Positions 24,987 through 37,545 of a DNA stretch of 64,000 bases are shown piece by piece. Below the pieces are notes generated by a model that was not told where the DNA came from, did no database searches, and worked only from the letters and a program-made list of their open reading frames with translations. Source of the DNA: Eledone cirrhosa (lineage: Eukaryota); assembly GCA_964016885.1 (NCBI GenBank), contig OZ024747.1, forward strand, positions 45,198,001 to 45,262,000. The letters are read 5' to 3'. The stretch's first letter is position 1. Every line of letters begins with the position of its first letter. The position numbers and the translations under genes are program-made.

Positions 24987-25212
24987 AATAAACCTTTCAA
25001 GGATTTACACCAGAACATGCCTCCTGTTATTTTGTAATAATTAACTCCATACTCGCACCACCAACTACACAAATGAAGACGGGTGGTTGCATTACGTTGA
25101 GTGCTTTCCACAACATCGTGGCTAACCACACAGAATGACCAGTTCTATCCAGTGGTGAACCACCAAACCCAAATAAATATATATATATATAAACTTTAAT
25201 TCTCTATCTATG

Positions 25213-25252
<40 letters not shown>

Positions 25253-25998
25253 GCTTGTTTATTTATCTCCAATGCACTTAGAAAGAGATAAAAGTAATAA
25301 AGAAAGTGAGCAAAACACTTTCAACATAGTAGAGAACACTAAAGCAACAAACACATGCTTGTTTCAGTATTGAACGTCTCTCTCTCTCTCTTACATGAAA
25401 TTAGGAACAATTAAAGCAAGTGAGTGACAGGTGTTCAATCAAATAAAGCAACAACACATTCCTGCTTTAATATCAAAATCCACTTTCCCCGCTATTGGCT
25501 GCAGCCCATTTTGTCATACATTCTTTATATCTCTTCCATATGCGTATATATGTCATTTCGAGCCCATGAACAAAAAGACCTCCATACAATTTGAAGGCAT
25601 TGTGTTTGTATTTCAATGCATGCTTAGGGAAGAAACTCTGAGTAAGCCACGTTTGTAGTTGGTGGTTGTGGTGACACTGTTCCCATCTTATTAGCATGAC
25701 AACCTTATTTTTCCAAACTCAAGAAAGCTTTTAGATATAAGTTTGAAAGTATAGGTGAGATATTTTGTATATATATGTAAGTTAGTGTGTGTGTGTAATT
25801 GTGAGTGAGAGCTAGTACCTGTGTATGTATCAGGTTGTGTGTATATGTATCCATTTGCAGTGTTTATATTCATTTAGAGGTAGTGTATGGCTGCACAGGT
25901 TTTGTATGTTATGTGCTTTTAGTGTTCATTTTTGTTTGAGTGTGTGAGAGAGAGTGTGTGAGTGTGTGTGTTTCTCTCATATTATAATACTCAAGGAC

Positions 25999-26120
25999 TA
26001 TGGTCTGAGTTCAAATCCCGCCGAGGTTAACTTTGCCTTTCATCCTTACGAGGTCGATAAAATAAAGTACCAGTAATGCACTGGGATAATTGGTGGCCTT
26101 GCGCTAAAAGTAGAAACAAT
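25999..26120 (+). mobile_element. SINE family 2, 5'-truncated, with TSD
   Basis: TSD attataatactcaaggac at 25981-25998 and 26119-26136. Confidence 0.9.
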
Positions 26121-27457
26121 TATAATACTCAAGGACAAAAACATTCCAAAGAAAATTGAAAAATCCTTTGTGATACTTCTTCTGCACCAAATAGCAAACA
26201 CACCCTTGTCACACTGTCAGAAACATCGCCCCATTTGTGACTTGTAACCAATGATACTATTGCTCACCAGTTGTGATACATAATGAAATAAACAATTGAA
26301 CAACTGTGGATGGTAAGATAACTGCAGTTATGAGCAATAACTCTATATTAAACAGAGAGGCAATAATCTATTTATATGTGACACTCCTGATGTGATACCA
26401 CTATCAGTACAAATAATATATTGGAGAGGAATGAAAGCTTGCAATGATATAAATGAATTAAAATTAAATTGAATATTTTATAAATTATCTATTGACTCAA
26501 GTTCTTTCTCTTCCTCTTCCTCTCTATCAGACACTGTATACAATAAATTCATTGATTTTTCATGTTAGCTATGTTTCAATGCCTGGAGGTAATAAGTTCA
26601 AATTCTCTCTGCAGCTTGACCTCAAAAGGAATGTAATCAGTTTTATCACCAACACTTAATTCATAAGAGATACTAATACAATAATGTTTCATCAAAGTAA
26701 TTATTTGAACTCTTTATTATAACACTGATTAATGAGACAATAAAACTCCTTTATACTACCATCTAGTGGTTGTGCTAGGTGTATTTATGAGTTATAATAT
26801 AATAGAGCTAAACCAGCATTAGATAGTTTATAGCTTATCATTAGCACTGGATGCTAGTTTAGTTAGCTTAACATTAGAAGATTTTAAAACTGTTTGTAAA
26901 CCCTTTGATTTGAAAGAAATGGACATATACATTTTTCAAAACTAGAATTTAAAGAATTCATATATCATAATTAATTTTGTGAAATGTTCAAAATAGAACA
27001 ACAAATTTACAATAATTAAACTAGGTATCAAGCATATAAAGAGACTAATTATAAGCTTCCTATAAAATATTGTAATAATATAAAACTGACTACCTCTCTA
27101 GTGTTGGTGTCATGAAAATACACCCAGTACACTCTATAAGGTGGTTGGTGATAGAAAGATCAGCTCACTGGAGAAACCATATCAAAAGGTTTGAGTGGAC
27201 ACTTCAGTTGTATCAACAGCATGAAAACCTCTCTACATGATAAACTCACCCAGTACATGCTGTAAATTGGTTAGTGATAGAAAGGCATTCAAATGTAGAA
27301 AGCTTGCCAAAGAAAATGGATTGGGCAGATCCTTCAGTTGTGTCAAAGACATGACAATTTCCCAGCTGTTGTTGACCTACCCAATAAATTCACATAGTAG
27401 TTAGAAAAATCAGAGTTGGGGTTACAACATACTTTTCTAAACGAATGGAAATGGAAT

Positions 27458-28530
27458 CATCATCATCATCATCATCATCGTTTAACGTCCCTGTTCCACG
27501 CTTGCATGGGTTTGGACGGGGGTTTTCCCACTTGAGGCAAGAGTGGTTATCTTGCTCGTATAGGACTGTCTGGCGGGTTTTCTACAGCTGGATGCCCTTC
27601 CTAACACCAACCACATTTACAGTGTGGGACTGGGAGGTTTTTACCGTGTTGCCTACACGGTCACATTACAGCGTGGACTGTGTGTTTTTTTGTCGTGACA
27701 CCTACACGATCTCGTTTGTTTCGGCCTGGATGTTGTGGCACCAACATAACTTTGCATTGAAGGGGGCGATGTGGATGGGGTGGGATGGGGGTGTATTTTG
27801 TTAGAGATGCCTACTGACTAGTAGGTTTTACTTTGTATTTAAGTAAGGCGGGTCTTCTCTGTTACTGAGTACCGCCAAAGGTCTCGGTCCAGTGACATTG
27901 TCTTGGAGAGGTGTAAGTGTGTGAGGTCGGAATTTATCAGCTCGTCCCAGGTTTTCCTGGGTCTGCCTACTCCGTGGCTACCATCTATCTTTATTGCCCT
28001 GCACTTTGTTATACAGCTGTCGTCTTTCATGCGCATCACGTGACCATACCAACGTAGCCTTCTCTCGAGTAAACAACATCTGATCCCTCTTATTTCTAAT
28101 TTTTTCCTTAGTTCGTTTATGCTTTGCCGTTCACGTATATTACTATTACACATCCAGCAGAGCATGCAAGCTTCGTTCCTCCCTAGTCTGCGTATATCCT
28201 CTGCACACAATGCCCAGGTCTCACTGCCATGCAACATTGCTGTTCGTATGCAGGCATCATACAACCTGCCTTTCATTTTTAGGGAGAACCCTTTAGCGGC
28301 TAATAGTGGTATAAGCTCTCTGAACTTTTTCCATCCAGTTCTGACTCTAGCTACTGTACTTTCAGAGCACCCTCCCCCACTGCTGATTTTGTCACCCAGG
28401 TAACGGAAGCTGTCCACTATTTCTATAGAACCCTCTGCGCAATTGAAAGAGTTTGTATTTTGTGAGCACTTGCTGCTACTTATTGCACCAGAGCACCGGC
28501 CACATGTAAAATCTGTGTTCTTAGGAATAC
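27458..28530 (-). mobile_element. 5'-truncated RTE LINE related to family A (ORF remnant 27839-28417)
   Basis: 192-aa ORF closely similar to the C-terminus of the 1039-aa ORF; (CAT)n tail. Confidence 0.92.
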
Positions 28531-28652
28531 GTATATATATGTGTAAATCCTGGATTCAAATGGGGTAACCACCATAAGTAAGGTACTCAATACATTAGTA
28601 GAGTATATAGAAAATTTAATATAGAAATGACTTCTACATGACTAGAACTTTC

Positions 28653-28689
28653 CTGATGATTTCCTTTGAATGAAACAGTTCTAGTCCTG
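28653..28689 (+). ncRNA. Hammerhead core at an inversion junction (5' strand of stem I lost)
   Basis: CTGATGA-tttc cttt gaat-GAAA-cagttctag-TC-ctg, enclosed by inverted repeat cttctaca.gactagaact/agttctagtc.tgtagaag. Confidence 0.5.
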
Positions 28690-28699
28690 TAGAAGCCAA

Positions 28700-28747
<48 letters not shown>

Positions 28748-29059
28748 TGTGTGTTGTGTACCAAATATACACACACACACAATATATATATATATATATA
28801 TATATATAGGAAAAAGTATGACCCCGACGGCAGAGCTCAAGCCGTTTCTGGACCCGCATGTTCGACGGACACGTCTAATGATTTCGGACACACAATTGTA
28901 ACATACAATAAATTGAGTTCAGATGCATCACTGATTTTTCGTTTTATATTATATCATACTCTGCTCTGTAAGAGCATAGAGTGCTCAACCCGCATACCAC
29001 CTATGGAAGCATCTTAGCTACCATCAGACACACACATATTTATTAAAATAACAGATTAA

Positions 29060-29110
29060 AGTTTAAGCAAAGAATCGCTGCTTTCACCCTTAACGGGATC
29101 TTCTGAAACT
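29060..29110 (-). ncRNA. Type I hammerhead motif with variant core CAGAAGA
   Basis: agttt-CAGAAGA-t ccc gttaa ggg t-GAAA-gca gcgattctt tgc-TT-aaact. Confidence 0.65.
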
Positions 29111-29459
29111 ACCAAAGTCAATCTGTGAACGCAGAAGTGAATATTTCAAAAAACATTGCAACCGGAGGAAGACAGGAAGACGATACTTTGGTTCGTGGAA
29201 ATGTTCCCTGGCAAAGAACAGGAAAAAACGAATAAGATACGTCATTAATAGGAGCGGTGAAAAACAATTACACGCAAAAACAAAACCACGTTTATGGTAT
29301 AAAAGAAGTCATAGACTAATATTCTATTAGGTGGTAAATATTTGCTCTACGGTTCATATATGTTTGATATATATTTATCCTTATTGAACCCTCTTTGGAT
29401 TTTAGTCTTCAAATTTATTATTATCACTATTATTATTTTTATTATTATTATTATTAGTA

Positions 29460-32400
29460 TTGTTGGTGAAGCCACGCTTCTTATCGCCTCCAGTTTTTTT
29501 TTCCAACGTTTTACCTCGTTTTCAACCGTTCTGAACCTTTTATTCAAGTTTTAAATTTGATAAAAGTTTAGAAGAAGTGACCCACCTAATACAGGGGTTC
29601 ACTCGTAAATAATACGGCACCCCTTTACGGGGTGTCGTATTCGTATTTGTGTAAAAATACTTTTTTGAAAAATTTCAACATGGATAACACAAGAAAGAGA
29701 GAGAGAGCGCTGTCAGACAACAAAGAGAGAAGGAGACTTTATCAGCATGTCAACAAGACAGCGTTCCAGCGGAGGTAAATATAAACGAAAATATTACAAA
29801 GGAAAAGAAGGGGCAGGACGGCCAGATATCTTCAGACGTCTAGAGACCTTTCTTGGAACGTCCCGCTCTTTAGTGTTAGTGGGCGACTGGAACGGTATCT
29901 TGGATGCACGCTGGGATCGTGTGGGGCCAGTGGATAGGGGACGAGGGTGCAAGAGCCTCACCAACCTGCTTAGACGTTTTGAACTGTCTGACAGGTATCG
30001 ACTGGATCACCCGAATGTGCCAATGTGGACATGGACAAACCGCGTCGGGTCATCCAGATCGTATCTCGATAGGGTATTCTGCAGAGAGCTAGATAAGGCT
30101 AGTATAAGTTGTCCACAATTTAAAATAGTCGACTACACAGACCACAAATTTGTGATCTGTGAGATCGACATAGACAGACTTCATAGACAAGGGCCTGGTT
30201 ACTGGAAGCTAAATGCGTCTTTCCCGGCGCGCAAAGCCTACAGAGACAGGATTAGCGTATTAGTTAAGCGGGCGTTGACGGGAGCGGCCGTCAACAACAG
30301 GTGGTGGTTCACCCTGAAAAGGACGATTAGGTTTAGCAAAGGAGTAGTGATAGAGGAAAATAGAGTAGAGGGAAAGCTAGTCAGAAAGCTAGAAGAGGCA
30401 TTTAGGACAGGCATCGCAACCGACGTGCTTGCGGCGAGATTGGCACTCGACCAATTCATCAACGCAAAACACAAAGGCTGCGTTGTCAGAGCTAGAGCGC
30501 GTGCTCTGAAACACAAGGGAACAAAAGCCGTCCAATGGGCCCGGGTGGCAGAGGCGCGAGATGGCAACAAAGCCACAATACGGTCTTTGTCTGACCAAAA
30601 CGGGTGCGTGATGCTCGAACCCGAGCGGATGTGTGAAGCTTTTCAGCAGCACTTTGCTGAACTGTTCGAGAGCGGCGGCGGCCCGGATCGGGGCATGGAC
30701 TTCAGTGCATACCTAGACGGACTGCCTCGGATCTCGATAACCGCAGCACAGTGTTGCGAAAATCCAATAACAGCCGGTAAAATACGGGAAGCGATGGCTA
30801 GCTGCACAAGGGGTAAATCGCCAGGTTTAGATGGTCTGCCCTACGAGCTTTATGCATTTATGCCAGACTTGTTCGGTGACCTCTTGGCAGACGTCTACTG
30901 CAACTGGCAGCAGAACGGGAGCATTCCCAGTTTTGTGAGCCGGGGAGTAGTGGCACTGCTGAGAAAAATCCCGAACAAGGGGGATGTTATCGATAATTTC
31001 AGGCCCATAACCCTGCTAAACGCAGAGTTCAAGATTTTGGCCAAGGTGTTAGCAACGAGGTTGGCGCTTGTCGTCAAGGGTCTGGTGGGAGAGGTGCAGA
31101 CGTGCACCATTGCGGACAGATCCATACACGACAACCTCCACCTCATGCGATACATCATAGAGAGGGTGGTTAAAGAACCTGGCAAGGGTGGGGCCCTGAT
31201 CAACTTGGATCAATCCAAAGCATTTAATAGGGTCGACCATCGGTACCTTGCAGTGGTCCTCGAGGCAGCCGGTTTCGGGCCCGTTTTCAGGGGTTGGATC
31301 ACAGCAATGTACAGCGACATCTGCTCAGTTGTGAGGGTAAACGGTCACCTGTAGCAGCCGTTCAGCATCATGTGCTCAGTCCGCCAGGGTTGTCCCCTCT
31401 CGTCCCTCTTGTATGTATTGGCTCTCGAGCCGTTACTGCACAAACTGGGGGCGATGAGGGGCGTCCCACGCGAACTAGGATGCGGGAAATCCGAGTTGGC
31501 TTACGCTGACAACGTCACCGTGGTGGTGTCGAGCACCAGACATATCTAGATGCTAGGCACCGCTCTCAAGGAATACGAAACGGTGAGAGGAGCAAAGATA
31601 ACCCGGCAAAAGTCGGTGGGCTTGCAGCTCGACACCTGGAGAGGCAAGTCCATGCCGTCCGACAGCGTCGTATGGCGTTGGACGGACGGACCGGTTAAAT
31701 TGCTCGGGGCTGGTTTGGACCGGACCTCCAGATGGAGAAAAACCTGAACGAGGTGATGAGCAGGGTGGCCTCCCTCGCCCAGAAATGGGCTGAGAGGAAG
31801 CTGTCCCTGAAAGGCCGGGCGGAGGTGGCGAATGTGTACATCGCATCCATCATCTGCAACCGCCTCACCGTTGTCCCTTGCTCCAGCCCAACTCTCACGC
31901 TTTTTGTGAAAGGGACGCGCTCCCATGGTCAGACGATCGATCTTCTGTCAACACCCGTTGCGTGGAGGACTGGGCATGCCATGGCTGATGATGCACAAAC
32001 ATGCGCTGAGGCTGCGACATCTCTGGTGCTTCCTTGATGGTGAACGGGTGTGGTCGCCGTTCGCCAGGCACGTTTTTCCACAGCTCGTCTCCTTGACGGA
32101 GCTGCAGTCCTGGGTCAGAAAAAGACCGAGGGATAGCGCTTGGAAACTGGAATGTCTCCAGGCGCTCACTGCCATCTCCCAGCTGGGCACCAGTATCGCT
32201 GGAACATCCACGTCGGCGTTCTATAGAGGACTAGTGGAGGGGAAGAGTGACGACATTCTCGGAGAGATCCTGGGCGTCGAAAAAGATCAGCTGTTTGCTC
32301 TCTACCGGAGAACTTTCAGCCAGGGGCCTATGGATAACTTCCAAAAATCCCTGGCCTGGCAGTGCTACCGAGGAGCGCTGCCGGTTCGAGATAAGCTCTA

Positions 32401-33146
32401 CAGGCACTGAAGTGCCGTCAGCCGAGCCTGTCCGAGATGCGCGCAGAGCGACAAAACCGTTGTGCACGCACTCGTTCAGTGCCCGAGCATTGCTGACTTG
32501 TGGAGCTATGTCGAACAGTTGCTGTCGCGTGTGGGACAGATCTGGTTGTCAACTGAGTCCATTGTGCAGATGGTCTCGCCGTCTTCCTTCGAGGAGGAAG
32601 GGCAGGCGGTTTTCATCTGCCTGGTGGCGATGGCGAAAGAGATTGTGTGGTGGACAAGGTTAAAAGGGTTAAAGACAGACACTTTCCTCTTCGGCGAATC
32701 CCTAATTAACTTTTTCAAGTTTCACTTGAAGAGGAAAATAAGGGTGGAGAGGCAAGTGCTGCCTTCTAGCAAGTTTGTTGAAAGGTGGGTGAATGTAGCG
32801 AGAATGGTCCAAGTGAACGGGACCACTCTGAATATACGTCTGTAGTTTGAGAGATGGAAAAATTGAGAGAAGGCGCTTGCCCTGGTTGTCAGGGTGGCCG
32901 TGGTCTTTTGTGTGGTTTTTGCTACGAGTAACCCTCGGAGGTTTCCCCCCCCCCCCTATTGGGGAATTTTTCATTGTTTCAATTTTCATTTTTATTGTTT
33001 ATATATATATATATGTTTCTATGTCCTTTTTTTCTTTTCTTATATAAATAATAAAAATATTTACACGCACAAAACCCACATCATATCGTCCTGTGCCGTC
33101 TGTAATGTTTTTCTTGATGTCAGCCCTTGTGGCCAATAAAGAAATC
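29460..33146 (+). mobile_element. Decayed Tx1/L1-clade LINE with internal deletion
   Basis: APE C-half (LVGDWN, WTW, SYLDRVF, TDHK), GPGYWKLN, KSPGLDG, NFRPITLLN, YADN in place of YADD, GGLG motif, C-terminal CPRC..H...C finger; stops and frameshifts; AATAAA at 33135. Confidence 0.9.
29747..32845 (+). pseudogene. Disrupted Tx1-type ORF2 (APE-RT-zinc finger)
   Basis: ORF pieces 29747-31354, 31550-31747, 31732-32037, 31925-32410, 32462-32845. Confidence 0.88.
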
Positions 33147-33253
33147 ATTATTATTACTATTATTAATATTATTATTATTATTACTATTATTATTATTACT
33201 ATATATATATATATATATATTATTATTATGTAATAAACAACATAAGGCAATTA

Positions 33254-33313
33254 TTCCATTTACCAGTGGTTTCTTAAAAGCAAAAGGTTTTGCTTTCAAT
33301 CCTCAGAATGAAA
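33254..33313 (-). ncRNA. Type I hammerhead ribozyme motif
   Basis: ttcatt-CTGAGGA-ttgaaagcaaaa cc ttttgcttttaa-GAAA-cca c tgg-TA-aatgga; within inverted repeat 33221-33274/33371-33426. Confidence 0.8.
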
Positions 33314-33339
33314 AAATCCTGGTTTGTTTATTGAATTTG

Positions 33340-33373
<34 letters not shown>

Positions 33374-33551
33374 AAACCACTGGTAAATGGAATAATTGCC
33401 TTATGTTGTTTATTACATAATAATAATTAAGCTCTGTTGCCTACATAGAGCACTCTTTTTTCCTGGACTTTTCCGACGGAATTACTTCATTCACACACAT
33501 ATATATATATATAGAGATTACAGTAATCAAAGTTCAGTTTAAGTCATTTAT

Positions 33552-33600
33552 TTGCTTACAATTGTTTCCTCCAAACCGAGGTTTGGATTCTTCGGAGCAA
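33552..33600 (-). ncRNA. Type I hammerhead motif with variant core CCGAAGA
   Basis: ttgct-CCGAAGA-a tccaaac ctcg gtttgga g-GAAA-caattg-TA-agcaa, with overlapping AATAAA. Confidence 0.72.
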
Positions 33601-34316
33601 CTATTTATAACATACTTGACCTCCTTTTCAACCCATGAGACACATAAAACATATGCGCATATTGATCAACAGTGGGGTGACATTCATCAAATGATATAGC
33701 ATGGCAATTTACATATAAAGGTTACAGGATAAAAATAAAATAAAATAAAAACAAGAGTGAAAATAAGAGTGAAAATAAAGATAAACATGAAGCGTTGGCA
33801 GTCTACATAACCATAAATAGTACCCTTAATACATATATATATATATATATTAGTCCCTAATATTTTCATGCTTAAATTGTTTCTCAGCTTTTCATAAATT
33901 TTTGCTAGGTAGGAATTGAAATCATAAATATTGGAAATACTGCTGTCTAATAAAAGTGATGGCCCAATCAGTGGTTTGAATAAGTAGAACATAAAACAAA
34001 ATACAAATAGAATAAAGAATGACAAATACATAACCACAAAAATAACAAAACGAAAAGAAAAACAAAAGAAAATATGTACAAATCAATGGTATTGAATTGA
34101 AGCAATAGAAATATATAACTGAAAGTCTACCAACTAACTAGAATATTATGGCAGAATTATTTGGCTTATTTGAAATTATGTTAGGAAAATCTGAGCTGGG
34201 GTTACAACATACTTATCTGAAAGAATGAAAGAATGGAAATGGAATATGTATATGTGTATGTGTGTATACCAAATATATATGCACAGACACGCATATATGT
34301 ATGTATATATATATTT

Positions 34317-34365
<49 letters not shown>

Positions 34366-34400
34366 TGTATATAGACATATATATATACACATAAAATATA

Positions 34401-34469
<69 letters not shown>

Positions 34470-35477
34470 GTTATGTATATATATATATTTATACATGTAT
34501 ATATATATACATATATACATATATGTATATATATGTGTATATGTACATATATATATACATGTATATATATATGTGTGTGTGTATGTTTGTAAATATGTAT
34601 CTGTGCATGTGTGTATGTGTGAGTATTTATGTATATAATAGAATCAGGCAATGCTTGTAAGAGATAATCTAATTTATATTTTTGTTTTCAGAGGAATTTT
34701 AGAAAATGACCTTTGGTAGAATGGAGGAATATGTATTTTGAAGGGAGGTAATAAGAGAGGTAAAATATAAAATATAAAGTGAGTGTGCGATTAAATGAGA
34801 GATGACAAACTAGAAAGTAGTGAATTTAGCGAACATATGAAGACAAACCATATGTCTAGACACAATTAAATTGAATAAGTTTACATAAGTAGAAAAAAAT
34901 ATATAATACTGGTAAGTAGCTTTATTACAGTGTGATTACAAAATGGTGAAATATAATTTCAAGCAAGAAAATTACTTCCAATTTTCTATGTTTTCAACAG
35001 TGAATTATTAACTTTTTATTTGATTATTTTAAAAAACGTTAATAAAAAGAACATTTGTAATTTGCTACCATAGACATGCTGCCAACACATATAACAGAAG
35101 GAAAAAAATTTACTTCATTAAGGTGCAAGAATTGTTTCTAAATCTGCTGGGGCTATTAATATGATGGTGTTATATTTCATCAACTAAAACAATAGACCAT
35201 ATTTAAAAGAGATCTTATTTACCCAAGAAAAATCATTCTAGTATCAAGTAGACCATTTATATTTGATGATGAGAAATTAGTGAAAGAAATGATAAACAAA
35301 TATTATTTAAAAGCTTATTTCATATGATTAGATAACATACTTGTGAAAAAAATGTACATTTATGTTTATTTTTTTATTTTGTAACACATACAATTTAGTT
35401 GTATACGTTAGTCTAAGTTCAGAACTACTACTACTACTACTATTTATTATTATAAATGATAAATTATTATTATGATA

Positions 35478-35585
35478 AATCCCGCCGAGGTTAACTTTGC
35501 CTTTCATCCTTAAGGGGTCGATAAAATAAAGTACCAGTAATGCACTGGTTAATTGCTGGCCTTGTGCCAAAAGTAGAAACAATTA
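35478..35585 (+). mobile_element. SINE family 2, 5'-truncated
   Basis: aatcccgccgaggttaactttgcctttcatcc...gtagaaacaatt. Confidence 0.85.
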
Positions 35586-35979
35586 TTATAAATGAAACAT
35601 AGATAAATATACTATAACAATTCGATAACTGTCAGAAAACAAGTGTAATGTCTTCTCTGACATTTATCAGTAGATGCAACATGCAATACAAAACTTTCAG
35701 AGGACTTTAAGCCTTAACTTAATAATGCAGTCAGAAATCACGATGTGTTTTAAAGAGATTATTAAGAAAATCTTTGACAATAACTTCTCACCATTTATTG
35801 AAAGAAATATAGATTTATAACTGCAGGTGTGGGTGAATGGTGTAGTAGTTTGCTCTGCAACCAGTTAATTCTCGTTTCACTTTGAATGTACTACACCTAG
35901 AGAAAATATTTCTACTATGACCTCAGATTGACTAATACATTTTGAGTGGAATTTGATAGACAGGAAAGCTCATCGTATG

Positions 35980-36027
<48 letters not shown>

Positions 36028-36163
36028 TATAGACAGATCTATAGATAGATATATACTTTATATATATATATAGAGAGAGAGGTAGAACACTGGGAGGTAA
36101 TATCTGTAGTGGTAGAGCACTCAGTCCATGGGACGAGTTAAGTAGAAGTGATAACACAACAGT

Positions 36164-36203
36164 CCGAGCTGAAGATCCGCTAAGGTGAAACAATTGTTCT
36201 CGG
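36164..36203 (+). ncRNA. Minimal (40-nt) type I hammerhead ribozyme motif
   Basis: ccgag-CTGAAGA-t cc gctaa gg t-GAAA-caattg-TT-ctcgg. Confidence 0.8.
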
Positions 36204-36744
36204 TATGGTGAACTATTTGTTGTGTTACCACTTCTATATATATATATATATATATATATTTATGTGTGTGTGTGGAGGGGAGAGGGTCTATAACTTAATG
36301 GCTCTCAATAAAGAAATAGATAAAATAAGTTCCAAACTCTTATAAAGTAAGTACTGGAGTCAATATGATGAACTAAATCAAGAGAGTGCCCCAGCATGGC
36401 CGCAATTTACTGATTGAAGCAATTACAGATAAATATGTTGAAAAATAAATACTAAAACTAACAAGAGTGCTTTTATGACAATCGTATATATGAGCAAATC
36501 TAAGTCTCATTCTTTCAACTCTGTCAATTACATGCACAATAAATTCCCCCTAGAATAGCTGTTGTGTTGGACAAATCCTCTTCAACAAATAATTCTCAAA
36601 GGGAACAATCTTTATGTGAAATATCAACTAGTCCTAATGGTATAGAAACCTAAATAACATTTTTCTGACTTGGCTCTCAAATGATTTAATTTCTTGTCAT
36701 TAATTCAAATATCAGTATAAAATCTGAAATACATTGATACCATG

Positions 36745-37105
36745 CAGTACAAGTTTAATTCATTCCATGACCGAGCTCGTTTTACAATTTACTCATTTTA
36801 CAAATCAATTTTCTCCATTGAAATTAATTAGAATATAAATAATCCGTTCCAGTTCCTAAAAACCACCCCAAAATCATTTTTTAAGGGTTTAAAACAGAAA
36901 AGGTTCAGTTACAAGAAAAATGACAAATATAAAAACATAATAAAAGAGAATGCAAAAGAAATATGTAAACTGGTTTTATTAATTGTATGAAAATCGCTCC
37001 TACAGATTTTCACTCATACTACAAATCAAAACTTTGCATGAGCCTTGACTCGTACAGCAAATTACTGGTACAATGGGGCACTTGTACTGTGAGGTTCTAC
37101 TGTAT
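36745..37105. mobile_element. Possible pogo/Tigger-like non-autonomous DNA transposon remnant
   Basis: Ends gaggttctactg-ta; internal aatccgttccag motif typical of such elements; left TIR degraded. Confidence 0.4.
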
Positions 37106-37249
37106 CAGATTATATTTAACTAAGCACAATGGCTTATATTTTAGAAGATAATAATGGCAGTGTTATGATCTTCATACCTTACTCAAGTACATTAATGATT
37201 GAAGTGAATGAGGTAGAAACTGATGATTGAAATAATATCACAGTTCTTT

Positions 37250-37545
37250 TTATGGTTGTATGGAGATTGCGTTTGTATGGCCATGTGATGCGTATGAAAA
37301 AGTTTAGAGCAATGAAAATTGATGGAAGCTATGGAGTGGGTAGACCAAGAAAAACCTGGGACAAGGTGATAAACACTGACATTGCTCACTTACACCTCTC
37401 TAAAAGGCATCCAGCCATAGAAAACCTGCCAGAGACACTTCTGTACGAGCGAGACACGGTCTCCCGACCAATCCTACATCAAATGGAACAAAACCGTCTA
37501 ACCCATGCTAGCATGAAAGATGGGTGTTAAACGATGATGATGATT
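37250..37545 (+). mobile_element. RTE 3' fragment with internal deletion
   Basis: RLRLYGHVMRM...GVGRPRKTWDKVINTD followed by the family A-type tail. Confidence 0.85.

Noticed and set aside
34680-34755. Polypyrimidine-cag ... ag|gtaat possible small exon
   Set aside because: No coding support or neighbouring exons; such signals arise by chance in AT-rich DNA
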